From positions 94,674,001-94,738,000 of the forward strand of contig NC_042999.1 in NCBI RefSeq assembly GCF_006345805.1: DNA of 64,000 bases, written 5' to 3'. Source of the stretch: Octopus sinensis (Eukaryota). How positions within the stretch are numbered: the first letter of the stretch is position 1; the number at the start of each line of letters is the position of its first letter. The position numbers were made by a program, and so were the translations under genes. Shown here piece after piece: positions 1-14,297 of the stretch. The notes under the pieces are model-generated. The model ran no database searches. It saw only the letters and a program-made list of their open reading frames with translations, and had not been told where the DNA came from.

Positions 1-232
1 ATTACATATGTGAGAGTTTGCAGTGTATGTTGAATCAGTTGCCATTTAACAGTTATATTATCATATCACCAATAGATGTGCAAAACAGTATTTTCCATAG
101 TTTTATCCATATAATATTGTTTGATATTATTTGAGGTTATCACTGGAGTATACGAAGGAATATGTCTGCCTAAAAATCCTATTTTATCATATATCAAAAT
201 TCAGCTAATTTCATCTACTCAGTTAAAACTAA
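1..232 (+). pseudogene. Decayed exon-like segment: C-type lectin end (YICE) followed by a sushi-like module
   Basis: Hand translation gives YICESLQCMLNQLPFNSY... then GY../TGVYEGICLPKNP with stops and a frameshift; donor-like aag|gtaact at 232/233. Confidence 0.3.
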
Positions 233-340
233 GGTAACTCTACATAGTTAAATGATTTTACTAAATTCTCAGAATAAGTTTCTCGTTTCCTCATATCTTT
301 TTCGCGGCTTCATTTACTCTGTCTTAACTCCAACCACGCT

Positions 341-349
341 TATATATAT

Positions 350-409
<60 letters not shown>
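341..409. repeat. (TA)n microsatellite, representative of dozens of TA/CA/TACA tracts in the window
   Basis: Direct inspection. Confidence 0.97.
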
Positions 410-412
<3 letters not shown>

Positions 413-753
413 TTATTTTACTTCCGATCTTTTTTATGTTTAATATTCTATTACCTTTCACTCCACAAAAAGTTTTCTTCCTAATTTCTTTTCTGCCCTG
501 TCATTTCCATCATTTACTTTTATCCTGCATCTCGCAAATATTGTGTATTTTTCTCCCTTCTTTCCTCTCTCTCTCTCTCACTTAAGTAGTCTACATACCA
601 CTGCGTATATACTCGAGAATTTTTATTGATTATGAATATTCCACTATAGGGAGTACTAATTCTTTTTAGAAGACCAAGGTATTCTGACATGTATTTATCA
701 ATAAAATAAATGTCAATAATTCTGCCTCGTTGTTTATGTTACCAACTTTCCAG

Positions 754-1255
754 ATGAACTGCATTATGGATAGTCTGTGTTATTTTTACTTCTCACATAA
801 GATTAATACTGCACGAAGTGCCATTAATCTTGAAAATTAGATTTTGCTCACGCATAATTTTGGGCCCTCATGTCTATATGAGAAATCGTTACATTTTTAC
901 TGCAGATATATATGAAGAGAGCTATGTCATATGTGATATATACATATATCACGTATATTAATGATTAAACTGACCACAAATTGATGTGGTATTAATCAAT
1001 CAGCTAAAAGGAATGTGTTTCGCTCATAGCAAAGCATTTAACTATGAAATAAACGTGTCAACATGACTATGCTTGAGCACAACAAGTTAAGTAAAGCTGA
1101 GTTATAGTCAGCTTTATAGTGTAGAACTTACAAATGATACAGTATGTTGAAATACCGATTTGAGAACTTCGTTTCGATTTAACTTGTAGAACTTATAAGA
1201 AATATCAGTTTTATTTATGCCGGGCACATGGCATAAGTGCAAACTCTCCAATGTT
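754..1255 (+). pseudogene. Decayed exon-like segment, C-type lectin-like then sushi-like
   Basis: Acceptor tttccag| at 753; DSLCYFYFSHKIN, KECVSL..TCQH and PGTWHKC motifs interrupted by stops. Confidence 0.3.
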
Positions 1256-1495
1256 ACCTCCTACCATTTACATAAACTGCATTCAAATACATTGCACAAA
1301 TGCAGATAAATATATATTAAATATTATATGTTGTTATATCTGTTAGTCGATGAGTATGTGATAATTTATATCACATTTGCCATAGTTTTATGTTAATGTA
1401 ACTGACACACTCTAATCTTCAATGAATAGGAATTGAAATATTCCATAAGTCTTCAAATGCTATTACATCATACCCGAAAGTTTCTCTTTTGACAG

Positions 1496-1780
1496 ACTGC
1501 GTGAAATATGACTCGGTCAAGCTTTGACCATTCATTCTCTAAGTTAGCAACTACAGAAGCAAACTGTTGCTGTATATCAACATACTGAAGTGATGGAACT
1601 CAACCATAAATCAATTCCGCGTTATGGCTTCACAATCCCGGCAGAATATTCCCAATGCAAGTTATTGATGTCCATATGCAGTATTCACACTCATTTACTG
1701 TCAAAATAATCCAAGTCGTATTGATTTAATGCAATTTAATGACGATTGATGGAAAAATTTATTAAAGATTCGAGTTATAC
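1496..1780 (+). pseudogene. Decayed sushi-like exon
   Basis: Acceptor tctcttttgacag| and donor tac|gtaaga; WNSTINQ..NIPNASY..YCQNNP..NDD*WK with several in-frame stops. Confidence 0.27.
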
Positions 1781-2109
1781 GTAAGAATGTAGGTTAACTC
1801 AGCCACATAATTTTATATTTATGTGCACTTACACCTACACACAACATACGCTTAGAAGCACATACACACACGTATACACACTAATATGTTTGTCAGTATG
1901 TGTGTGTAGGTAACAGGTTTTCCTTCAAACGTGGAATATTGGAGACAGAATGCGAAATAGATAAATACAGACGTGAGTTTTATATATGTATGTGCACGTA
2001 TGTATTTATGTAAACACCTCACTACATTTGTCTCCTCATCTGTATATATATATATGTGTGTGTGTGTGTGTGCGTGTGTGTGTCTGTGTGCGTCTGTGTG
2101 TAAGGTATG

Positions 2110-3000
2110 CACACACTAAATATAGGACCTTTACAACATTGGCATTACGTGTTAATGACCTTAAGGAAAGGAATGTTGAATTTAAAATATCCTGGGCTAT
2201 CCTTGCGCATGCCTCCCCTTATAGAATCGGGTCCACTAGATGCGGTTTATGCATAATGGAAGCATATACTATATTGAAAACTTACAACAACGCAGTGTTA
2301 AATAACTTCACTGATGCAATACCAGCATGTACGCAGAAGATCCACTCGACGTTCCATAAGAAATTTAGAAATAGCAATAAAAGTTAGAGCTAAGCAATAA
2401 CAATTGAATTAAATTTAGTAAGTATAGTAAGTAGTAAATGAAATAAAACTTAAGTAATGTAATTATTAAAAGAAAAGCTAGCTATTAGTATAAAATGTGT
2501 CGAGGACTTGAACCCGAATATGTGGCTTTGCATGTATGTAAGAATTTATAAGATTGAAATGAAATAAAATAAAATAAGTGCAGAAGTGAAATTTTCCAGA
2601 TGACGCTGTGTGCATAACATTTACTATGGCTGCTGGTCGAATTATATGCGTATAAAGTAGCATTCAGGACCGGGGGAAAATTTCTGGGAGTACCTAATGT
2701 CTCGGTTCTGAATATGGCCGGTATGTGATTGTGTATTTGTTCACGTTTACTTTGTGTTGTACGTATAGGACATCCTGATGAGGAGAGTGCCAATTTTAAG
2801 TATATGATATGTCTAATATTAATTGGCGCGTCTCCGAAACGGCCCATAGATAGACTTCTGTGTATCTTTGTAAACTTATATTTTTGTAAACTTGTATAAT
2901 TATTATCTTCTATATACGTTTCGCTAGAATTTTAATTCGTCTTTTAATATGCCTTTGTATGCTTATTTTTATTTATTATTATTATATTTATTTCTCTTAT
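2110..3000 (+). mobile_element. Penelope-like element 3' fragment: C-terminus of GIY-YIG endonuclease plus pseudo-LTR
   Basis: ORF 1986-2387 after the microsatellite reads TTLALRVNDLKERNVEFKISWAILAHASPYRIGSTRCGLCIMEAYTIL...VLN, the typical PLE endonuclease tail (W.I...A.PY....RC.LC..E); hammerhead motif downstream. Confidence 0.8.
2771..2851 (+). ncRNA. Type I hammerhead ribozyme motif with long stem II and degenerate stem III
   Basis: CTGATGA (2775-2781), GGAGA-GTGCCAATT ... AATTGGCGC-G-TCTCC, GAAAC (2836-2840), GGCC. Confidence 0.7.
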
Positions 3001-3699
3001 TAGTAACAAATTTATATTAAATGTTTTAAGCGTAAATTCAAGGTTTTATATGCAAAATTTATATTTTTATATGATATATTTATATATTACTAAATATTTT
3101 AATTTTTAAATGTCGGGCTTTATAGATATAAATGAGTATATGAAGATTTGTATGTGTTTGGTCTTTCTGTCGATTTTGTGATGTTCCTGTGGTTGTTGCT
3201 CGCATTGCCTCCCCTCGGATAAAAAAAGTGTATACAGCTCATTAGAGCACTTCTATTTCCAGTCCGTTGTATAGCTTGAGCGTTGTTGTCACTCAAGATA
3301 TAACTTTATAGTTTGTAACATATATATAACACAGATCTTACATCTAAGGTAGATACTTCCAAGTACTCTGATAAAATCCAGAGTTGACTAACCTCATCGA
3401 ATGACAGGTAGCATTTAGAGTAATCTTGTAGAATAAACAATTAAACTGTACTTCCCTCGATCCTTCGTTTGATATATCTTGAGTTTGCTTCAATGGATTT
3501 CATGTAGAATGCAGGGTATATTTTCAAGCATAACAATGAAGAATAGAGCGCTACATATCTTCAAAATTTATTTGATAAAAAGATTTCCTTCATATTACAT
3601 TCTTACACGTGTATTCTGTTGAATACGTGCTTTAGTGCTCTTTCATATAATAGTATTGAACATTTAATTGATTTACATTTAATCAAATGCAGTACACGT

Positions 3700-5395
3700 T
3701 CTAATCCATCAGTTGACAGTCCTTTACGGTTTTATTCAAGGTGTTTTCCATAGGAGTGGGTAAAGAGAACTAAAAATGATATTTAATATAAGTTCCTAAG
3801 ATATACACGTGGAGAGGGCATATAAAAGATTAAAGATTAAGGCAAAAGACAGGGAATTATGATATGTCCAAAGTTCTAGTTCGTTTTTGACTGAGAATTA
3901 CTTCTTTAAACATTAAGACTGCAGATTACTATATTGTCCTTAACAGTACAAAGCTTCTTCAATAGGTCAGGTTTTATTAACTTTTCTGACTGCTCATACT
4001 AAAAACAATATTAAGGAAATGGACAGATTACAAAAATATATAGATAAATACAAAAAAGTTAATATTGTTTTCATCGCTTGGCTTGTCTACAACAAGAAAA
4101 CATCATAATATTAAAAGATTAATATCAACAGAATTACATAAAATAAAACTCCAACAGAATTATGTTTCTTAGTAGAAAACAACATAATTGAAGGAGTATC
4201 CTAGTAGTTGGAATAGGAGATAAGTGCTATTTAGTTAAAAACCTATATTAAAGAAATGTGTGCCTTTCTTTCTGAGTACAAACTAAAGCTGCTTATTTGG
4301 ATAATATTTAAATGCCTTTTTCTATATGAATGTAAACATTTTATTGCCAATTACTTCCCGCTGTTTAATAATATGCTTCTTTAAGGTAGAAATCACGTTT
4401 CTGATTCACTCTAGTATAAGGCAAAGCACTACTAATAATTGCTCATTTAATGTAATATGTGGTGTTTTTATCATTTAAAGTCAAATATGTTTGGATTGAT
4501 GAAACTAATTTTATAACTAGTTTCTTAAGTTCTATATTTAGGAATATAATAAATTTTATCCTTATATCCAACTTCAGCTAGAGTTTGGTTGTAGTATTTT
4601 TCTTTCTTTTTTTTAATGTTTTCCCATTAGTAGAGAGTCGTGTGTACGAAGGGAGACGTTTTTAGCGATAGACTTAATAATATTTCAAGGATTATTTGAA
4701 TGTTTACTTATTTAATTAATGTATGTTAGGTTTGTGATGCTGTTCGTATAGTCCCGTATGTAAATCTAAATTAACACATAGACAATTAACTTTACTATGT
4801 TCTTTTTCAATGGAAATACGAAGACTTAGAGCCTTAAATAATCTAAAGAGGCTTTTCCTGGAACATTAGCGTCGTCCTTCTATATGTTTCCGCTTAACTC
4901 CCGAAATTCGGTATAAACACATTCTAAAATATAAGTCAGTTACCTGAATGGTGTAGCAGGAACCCATAAGTATGTCAAAGCCATCTAATCTATCTCTCAT
5001 TACCCAGTATTTTCCTTCAAACTCGATTATGGATTTTTTAGCAGCTAATATAATAACTACTTTTTTGTAGATAAGTCAAAGTTCTGCATTGCGAATATTA
5101 ATGCTTTGCTAAGTAAAACTAGGTTAATAGATACATAGAAATTAGATATATCTCATCGTATGAATTTAGTCCGTGTTTTATTCCTAATATCAGTAAAGCA
5201 ATCTAATACTTCAAAAGAGCAACACCATAAGATAAGTTTAGATATGTGTTTGTCAATAATGAAATTTCAAATTTTGCCTATATCTCACTTAAGTGTGCAT
5301 ATTAGTCTAACAAAGCGATTAGATGTAAAGTTGAGCTTACGATCCTTCCGGTTTATTCTAGAAGTTCTACAGATGTAGGATTCTGTCCTATCATC
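3700..5395 (-). mobile_element. Decayed Penelope-like element (Neptune-type RT, probably running into GIY-YIG)
   Basis: Minus-strand translation KDRKLNFTSNRFVRLI..KFIR*DISNFYVSINLVLLSKALIFA..IILAAKKSII.FEGKYWV..FDILMGS..YYNQTLAEVGY matches PLE RT motifs; many stops. Confidence 0.75.
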
Positions 5396-5399
5396 TAGA

Positions 5400-5673
5400 T
5401 GGAATCCTTCTACTTGTGTATCACCAAGCTTTTGGTAAAATTTGATGCAATGTCTCTACTCAATGCGTTCGGTGAAAACGAAAATCCAACGTGTGCGCTC
5501 TACACATTTGTACTTTTTGGCGCAACAGCCGGGAACTGACTCGTCGTACTGCTGCGAACATTTTAACCATACGTAACGCGGGTGGCATCAACTTCCACCC
5601 TGAAGATATTGCCCACGTGGCATTAGATTTGACAGGGAAAATAAAGTCGGATACCTTTTGAACGCACCACGTA
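5400..5673 (-). mobile_element. Mariner 5' fragment (TIR plus start of transposase)
   Basis: Minus strand begins TACGTGGTGCGTTCAAAA; encodes E*RHCIKFYQKLGDTQVE. Confidence 0.7.
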
Positions 5674-6152
5674 TGTGAGTGTGTGTGTGTGTGTGTGTGC
5701 AAAATCTTTATTTTATATAAAGTTATATATAAAAACAGACTACTAAAACATTAAATTGAAGCATCACTTAATAATTTTCACAAGTACATCATAGTTATTT
5801 ATTTTTTTAAGGAAAAGATTCATGGTGGCTTCTAACTTTCAGTTTACTTGCTATCATCAAGTTTTGATTTAGTGAAGCTCTTCAAGCATCCTATAAATAT
5901 TTTGGGAAAGTGGCAAGTTATCTGGTTCGTAGAATGATGTAATGCAAAATAGATGTAATATAAATCAGTTTGCAAAAGAGGTGGTGGTATCAGTAGGGGA
6001 ATGGAAGAGTGGAAAAAATAGTATATGTTTCTAGGGTAAATAATTGGTAGAAAAATGTCTGTATATAGATGTGTACATCTATTCAGGTCTAAGAATATAT
6101 ACTTTTCAAATAAAAATAAGCATTAACGAGCTGATATACGTATATAGACCCG

Positions 6153-6189
<37 letters not shown>

Positions 6190-6215
6190 TATGTGTGTGT
6201 GTACATACACTCTCT

Positions 6216-6216
<1 letters not shown>

Positions 6217-6278
<62 letters not shown>

Positions 6279-7562
6279 TATATATATACATATATAAAGA
6301 TATGTAATTATTTACATATATGTGTGTACATAAGTCAGATTATTTTCGTATGTCTGTATCAATAGAGAGAAAGCGTTGACAGCCGCAAAAGTTTAGATAT
6401 TCCCGCCACAGGTCTTTTAGAACGGTGAATTACTATCGCCCACCACCTCCGCACAATCATAACATATATTATTAATCATATATATTGTGTTAATTTATAT
6501 ATGTGTGTATATAGAATTATATATATATATATATGTTATGTATATATATAATCATCAATATCTATAAAGCTGACATGCGAAAAAGTTGTTTGATTTCTTG
6601 GTTATTTGTCTCATTTTAGGATGGGAACGGTTTAAGGGGTCGGATTGGCGCCAAAATTTACACTGGGGTATGAAATGGGATGAGCAATGGTGTGAGGAGG
6701 GTTGCAAGTCGCTCGGGGCTACCGTTTGGTTGCCATGGTGAGGAATATGGGAAAATTGAGTTTTATGGCATAGAAAGGTTGCGCTGTTTGAATAATGGTG
6801 GATTTTTGTGTTGCTGCAGGGGCTAGAGGCGGTTATCTTTAATTGTGGGTGTAAAAATTGGAGGATTTTGGAAATGGTGGCAAAACTTTTCAACTTTTAA
6901 AAAAAGTACATTTTTGCCCTATTTTTAGATTTTTTTTTTTCTGTTTGCATTATTTGGTTGACATGGGTAAAAATGGCATTGTGTTAAAGGCCAAAACTTT
7001 AGCTTTCATTTGCATCATGTACCGTGAAACTATACCACAAAGAAGCATCAAATTCACAAAATTTTAAGTAATTTTGAAATATTTTTGTGATTTTATGTGC
7101 ACGCAGAAGAGAAGCGAGTCAGTCCGAGAGAAAGGAAGAGTAAGAGAGTGGGAAAGTGAGAAAGAAAGCGAGAGAAACAAAAAGGGAGAATGTGGCGATA
7201 AGAAACAGAAAGGAAGCAACAGAAAGTAACAACCGCACCCTCACCCGCGCGTAAAGCAGGACACCTTAATCTAGTCTATAATATAAATTGGACATGGGCG
7301 ATCGTTGTATTCTTTCTTGTCTTGAAGTTGACAGCCAAACGGCACACATGCGGAGACGGGTGCATAGATTGGAATACGGTTTGTATCTTTTTCCTAGTCC
7401 CCATAGTTACCGAGAAAATAGATTAAAACTTTTTCTAATGGAATTTCCCTGTTTGTTCCGTCAAGAAAAAAACCAGTTGCTCACACAGCCGGCATATACC
7501 ATTTCGCTAGCAACAAGAGGGGTACAGGATGAAAGTCATCCACAAAACACACACACACACAC

Positions 7563-7633
<71 letters not shown>

Positions 7634-8922
7634 ATATATACATATATAAAGATATGTAATTATTTACATATATGTGTGTACATAAGTCAGATTATTTTCG
7701 TATGTCTGTATCAATAGAGAGAAAGCGTTGACAGCCGCAAAAGTTTAGATATTCCCGCCACAGGTCTTTTAGAACGGTGAATTACTATCGCCCACCACCT
7801 CCGCACAATCATAACATATATTATTAATCATATATATTGTGTTAATTTATATATGTGTGTATATAGAATTATATATATATATATGTTATGTATATATATA
7901 ATCATCAATATCTATAAAGCTGACATGCGAAAAAGTTGTTTGATTTCTTGGTTATTTGTCTCATTTTAGGATGGGAACGGTTTAAGGGGTCGGATTGGCG
8001 CCAAAATTTACACTGGGGTATGAAATGGGATGAGCAATGGTGTGAGGAGGGTTGCAAGTCGCTCGGGGCTACCGTTTGGTTGCCATGGTGAGGAATATGG
8101 GAAAAATTGAGTTTTATGGCATAGAAAGGTTGCGCTGTTTGAATAATGGTGGATTTTTGTGTTGCTGCAGGGGCTAGAGGCGGTTATCTTTAATTGTGGG
8201 TGTAAAAATTTGGAGGATTTTGGAAATGGTGGCAAAACTTTTCAACTTTTAAAAAAAGTACATTTTTGCCCTATTTTTAGATTTTTTTTTTTCTGTTTGC
8301 ATTATTTGGTTGACATGGGTAAAAATGGCATTGTGTTAAAGGCCAAAACTTTAGCTTTCATTTGCATCATGTACCGTGAAACTATACCACAAAGAAGCAT
8401 CAAATTCACAAAATTTTAAGTAATTTTGAAATATTTTTGTGATTTTATGTGCACGCAGAAGAGAAAGCGAGTCAGTCCGAGAGAAAGGAAGAGTAAGAGA
8501 GTGGGAAAGTGAGAAAGAAAGGCGAGAGAAACAAAAAGGGAGAATGTGGCGATAAGAAACAGAAAGGAAGCAACAGAAAGTAACAACCGCACCCTCACCC
8601 GCGCGTAAAGCAGGACACCTTAATCTAGTCTATAATATAAATTGGACATGGGCGATCGTTGTATTCTTTCTTGTCTTGAAGTTGACAGCCAAACGGCACA
8701 CATGCGGAGACGGGTGCATAGATTGGAATACGGTTTGTATCTTTTTCCTAGTCCCCATAGTTACCGAGAAAATAGATTAAAACTTTTTCTAATGGAATTT
8801 CCCTGTTTGTTCCGTCAAGAAAAAAACCAGTTGCTCACACAGCCGGCATATACCATTTCGCTAGCAACAAGAGGGGTACAGGATGAAAGTCATCCACAAA
8901 ACACACACACACACACACACAC
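6217..8922. repeat. Tandem duplication of a ~1.35 kb unit bounded by (CA)n tracts
   Basis: 6290-7545 matches 7642-8900; identical ORFs at 6858/8210 and 7288/8642; the non-microsatellite differences I saw are homopolymer indels. Confidence 0.95.
6552..7274 (+). mobile_element. Non-autonomous Helitron-like element A, copy 1 (copy 2 at ~7902-8628)
   Basis: 5' TC..tctataaagctg start; GC-rich subterminal cccgcgcgtaaagcagg then CTAG|T at 7271-7275. Confidence 0.5.
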
Positions 8923-9302
8923 GTCCATTTCATATATTTTCTTTCAATTTCTGCTCTCTGCAAATAAAATACAACTGCTTCCAAAAATAGAGATTAATAT
9001 ATAATTTATTTCTATGTTCATAATTAAGTCAACATATTAATGATTTGACAATGGTTCAATAGAATAGCTCTCAGAAACAGACTACGTACAAATTCGTTCT
9101 TCGCAAATCCTGAAGCTGTTTTTGGTTTGTTTTTGGACAAGTGGTGGGGATGTCAAAAAACTTTCATATAGCAGGAGACTCCAATCGAAACAGGGACCCG
9201 AAATGATAAGGTTGAGAAATGCTGTTATAGATTATGCCTAAACGAAAACGATCACAGCCACATCATCCAAACAGACCGGGTGAAACCAGGCCTAGCTGCT
9301 AG
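8629..9302 (+). mobile_element. Non-autonomous Helitron-like element B, head-to-tail with element A
   Basis: Starts TCtataatataaa directly after the CTAG of A; ends ccgggtgaaaccagg hairpin then CTAG|T at 9299-9303. Confidence 0.55.
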
Positions 9303-9316
9303 TAGTAATATAAATG

Positions 9317-9380
9317 CAGCGAGATGATAGAATCGTCAGCGCTCCTGGCGAAATGCTTAACAGCATTTTGTCCGCCTTTA
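9317..9380 (+). mobile_element. Head fragment of tRNA-derived SINE (family S2)
   Basis: gcagcgagatgatagaatcgtcagcgctcctggcgaaatgcttaacagc resembles the head at 42262-42210. Confidence 0.6.
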
Positions 9381-9482
9381 TCATCTCTCCCGAAAGTGCT
9401 GGATGTGTGACATGTGTAACCAATACATAGTACTACATGCCTATGTAAATATTTCTCTACTTATCTTTTGCTTTCTGTTACT

Positions 9483-9516
<34 letters not shown>

Positions 9517-10797
9517 GTGTATGTGTGTGTGTGTTGTGTATGTGTGTGTGCGTGCGTGCGTGTGCGTGCGTGCGTGCGTGTCCATAACAGTATGAGTTTA
9601 TTATTATAGTTTGAAATCTGAAGGACGAGTGTCCTTATCATAAACATAATTATACTATGTAACTACAATTGTTTGACATCTTTTTCATCGTGATATAGCT
9701 GATCAATTGGATCACTTAAGACTCACTTTGGTCTTGTACAAGCACATGGAGCTGCTCATATTCTGCGAAATCGAGTCAGTGACTAACTTTAAGAAGTACA
9801 AGGAAACCTTTTGACTTATTACTCTATACACGATGAAGAAATATACGAAAGATGAATATAACAGGTTTGTGTCTCCGGCAATAGGAGAAAAGTCTCATCC
9901 GCAATATAATTACTTGTGAGAGTATATCTATGTATATGTTGCTTCATTTCATGAATAATTTATTATTCATATAAGACGGAAATTATATTTTAAATTATAA
10001 TTGATTATTTATTCTGAATAAAATATTCCGTACACATAACGGTTAAGCACAGCCTTTGTTCGTAGTATTAAGAAAACCATCACAGAGTTTGTTCATTACT
10101 TCATTAGCTTAAAGATAAGTATAGCTTTTACATTTAGCAATGTTACAGTAGAGATAGGTGAATATTATTAGAAAAGAACAATACATCCTCTTCAAACAAT
10201 AAAGCGATAAATAATTGTAAATAGGCATCTTTTACCGAAAATATAAAATCAATATCGGGAACATTGCAATTTATTTTCAAACTAAACAATATTCTCTGTC
10301 TATGCTACTGTCAGTGCGAACTCCGCCGATTCTTTTATTTGTTTATTACTTATTTCTATTCCTTTATCAGTTTTTTTTCTTTTTCTGTATTTTATATCAG
10401 TTTTTCATTTCTCTTTGATTTTTATTTTCGATTTTGTTTTGCTTTCGTTTGTTTTGTTTTGTCTCTTTTCATTATATACTAGGAAAAATTCAATCACATT
10501 TCTAAAATGCTACTCTTGTTTAACATCATTTTCGCTTTTCGATAGCGATGTTGATAGTGATACTGGTGGCGATGATGGTGAAGAGAGGTAGAGTTAGCTA
10601 CTACTGATACTGATACCGATGATGATCACGATGGATGATGATGGTGATGAGAGCGATAATATAATATAATATTCATGCGATACTGCTACACTTATTCTTA
10701 AGATAGTGTCGTTGTTGTTGTTTCCTTGTTTTACTGCTGCTGCTCAGCTGCTGCAAGTCTGGTTGCTATTCTTTTAAAAATTTGCCTGTAATGACAA

Positions 10798-10839
<42 letters not shown>

Positions 10840-10852
10840 CGGCAACAGCAGC

Positions 10853-10885
<33 letters not shown>

Positions 10886-10889
10886 GGTA
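10798..10889. repeat. (GTA)n trinucleotide tract
   Basis: Direct inspection. Confidence 0.95.
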
Positions 10890-11248
10890 ATTGCTGATGT
10901 TGTTGGTGTTATTAAGCTATAAAAATCATTGATTGATTTAGTTACTCTTGTTGTTGTTGTTGCTGTTGTTGTCACTTTTGTTGGTGATAGCGCTGGTGCA
11001 GTTTCTATTTGTCTCTTGCTGTTTAACCCCAGGTTAACAACGATTCAGCAGACGTATGGCCCAAAGCATAACATCCATGACTGTGTTGATGTATACAAAC
11101 GATTAGATTATGGGATATATCTCTTACTTCAAAAATCCGAATGATTGTATTAAGTGCTAGGACATGACTTGAGATATACATTAGGCTGTTGTTTCTAGCA
11201 AATCAGTGATTTTATATATATATCTATATATATATATATAATATATAT

Positions 11249-11290
<42 letters not shown>

Positions 11291-12717
11291 TATATATATA
11301 GATATATATATCCCTACAGAGGTTCATCGTTATCGCTGCTGTTGCTATTGCTGTAGTTATTGATGAGTTGCAAGCGTTTGCTACATTTGCAGTTGATAAT
11401 TATTACTACTGTTGATGGCATAGCTATAAGCTGGTTTCATATTTTTGCATCCCTTTCAAAATAAAATACCAGTCATGTTCTGATGCTGGTGTCGAACACG
11501 ATTCCTTTAAAATTACGGTCTTTGTGCCTATAAAATAGAAACAGTTATTATAATTATTGGTCTTGCTCTCGTTTATAATGTCGTTGCAGCAATCGAGAGG
11601 GCAACGTACGTAAGGTACGGTCGGACTAAAAAAGAGTGACACATAATTCGTTGAAATTTGAAGCTATGCATCACAACGTCAACTTATGCTCAGACAGGAA
11701 GCATGCTTCGGTTATTTTCAATAGAAGGAATGTGTTAAGGTGCCCAAGTGGTAGTTAGTTGCGTTAAAACATGCGTCCTGTTAAACGTACCATTTGAGAA
11801 AAAAGCGTAGTCCATTAGAAAAATCTCATAACTTCCTTTTATTCAGATGCACTCCCAAGTGTTGAGCTAATAAGGGTCTCTGAAATGAACACTTCCCCAT
11901 CCAACGTGTGAAACACAATGATTGAATTCAGCATCACGTGATAGAGAAATGAACTTTTGAACGAAACGAGTCTGCCTGTAGCCAACAATTGTTGTCGTGG
12001 CCGTAGCTGTTTTCTTTTTCTTTTTTTTTTTGCTTTTTTGTTGTGATTTTTAAGATTGTGTAGTTGTTATTATAGCTGCTGTCGTTAGTGTTACTACAAT
12101 TCATTAAAAGTAATAGAATGAAAACCTAAAGGAAAAGAAATGAAAACATTAGGAAGAGAGAAACGAATGACAGTAAAAGAGAAACACAATGGATAAAACG
12201 TCTGGATAAAACGAAAACGTTGGGGAAGGAAGCAAGAAGAAATTACGAGAAGATAAGTTTCTGTAAAATGAAAAGTGAAAAAGCACAAAAAATCGAATAG
12301 ATTAAAAACATAAGGGATGGAAGGGAATAGAAAAACGCGACCGGAATAAAATCTGAGTGAAAGAAGCTGTGCGAAAGAAAGACGTGAAAGAGAAAAAAAG
12401 AGAGGGGTAGATATTATGTCAGTATAAAAGAAGGGAAGACAAAAGAAAAAGCAAGGAAAGAAGTATTAATTCATAAAAGAAATGAATGAAATAAAAGTGA
12501 TAAGAAGCAGAGATGATAAAAGTGGGATAGAAATTGGGAGAGAGAGAGAGAGAGAGAGAGAAGGAGAAAGAGATTCTACTGGAGAGAAATGAAACAGTGT
12601 TAACAAAATGGTAATAGCAAAATAAGAAAGATAGACACATATCAGTCAAGAGAGAGAATAAGAGAACAGAAATAAATGAAAGGAAGTAAGGCAGAAAGAA
12701 GCAATAAGAGCGAAAGT

Positions 12718-12753
<36 letters not shown>

Positions 12754-14050
12754 TAGACAAATAGAAAAGGTGATGGCGGAATGAGGAGGTAAACAAGAAG
12801 GAAAAGAGGGCTAATGAAAGAGAAACGTTATGAATGGAGTAAGAAGTTTCAGAAAAATATAATAAAGAGGAGAGTGTGGGGAGGAAAGGAAAAAAAAAGA
12901 AAGCAAAAGCGAAATACTTTAAGGAAGATGCAGAAAGTCAAGAAGAAAAAAATGAAACGAATGGGATTCTGTAGTAGGGCAACGATAGTGCAAATTTATT
13001 CTAAAATTAGCCATAATATTTGTCTAAAAGTTTGTAAAGCATTGATATAATCTATGTACCAAAGTACAAAGATTTACTAGAGCTATTATAGATTGATGTT
13101 ACAGTCAGCTTTGCACTTGATATATATGATTTTTACTATAGGAGTAGTATTTTTTGGTGCATTCTTTTATGATAGAGATTCATTTGATATATACATTAAA
13201 AAAATGGAAGAAACCAAATGAAACATTGAGCAAAGAAATGAATCTATATGTACATCGAACTAAAACAGAGACATTTTATAAAATCTAATGACAAACGCTA
13301 CTGACAGAAAGATGTACGTATAAAAATATATACACACACACACATATACATATGAATGTGGGTAGCAGTGTATATTATATCTCCATGTATGTGTGTGTGT
13401 GTGTGTATATATATATGCACATTCATACATTCTTACACACTCAGATATACGAATACATACACTCACACACACAAGTATATACATACATATATATATATGT
13501 ATGTATCTATCTATATATATATATATATACATTATATATACATATGTACGTGCATACATATCATTTATATATAAATATGTTTATATATGTGTATATATAT
13601 ATGTATCAATATATATACATATATGTATATGTGTGTATATGTGTGTGATCGCGTATGTTCGTATACGTATAGTTTTCTTTTATTAATGTTTTTCCATGGC
13701 TATTGATTTCGTGTAATAAATACTGTTTGTATTACTTCCATTATTCTAAAATAAAACAAATGGCTTTATTTTTGTATATTTTCTTATTTCAAACTCGAAA
13801 GACAAATGAAATAAGTCTTTCGATATAGATGCCGTGTGGTTCATATTGTGTTATATGTACATGCGCCTTGCTAACCGAAGCAACAAAGTGCTTTCTATTA
13901 TTCATTAATGAAAACATTTCAGTTGAAAATTATCTTCAAAGATCTTCATGACGACATAACCACGAAATGTTACGTCATTTCAATCGAATTAGTAATCTGA
14001 TAACTTGCACATGTGTAATCATTTTTAATAAAATAAAAAAATCTGCTTTC

Positions 14051-14297
14051 TGCTGCTGCTGCTACTACTGCTGCCATTACTACTACTACTGTTACTACTA
14101 CTACTGCTGCTGTTACTACTACTACTACTACTACTACAAATACTACTACTACTACTACTGCTGCTGTTGCTACTACTACTACTACTACTACTACTGCTGC
14201 TGTTACTACTACTACTACTGCTGTTACTACTACTACTACTACTGCTGCTGTTACTACTGCTGCTGCAGTTACTACTACTGCTGCTGCTGCTACTATT
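14051..14297. repeat. Compound (CTA)n/(CTG)n trinucleotide tract
   Basis: Direct inspection; explains the poly-Y/C, poly-S and poly-L ORFs. Confidence 0.97.

Noticed and set aside
12094-13050. Hydrophobic or Lys-rich ORFs
   Set aside because: Purine-rich low-complexity (GA/GAAA) region
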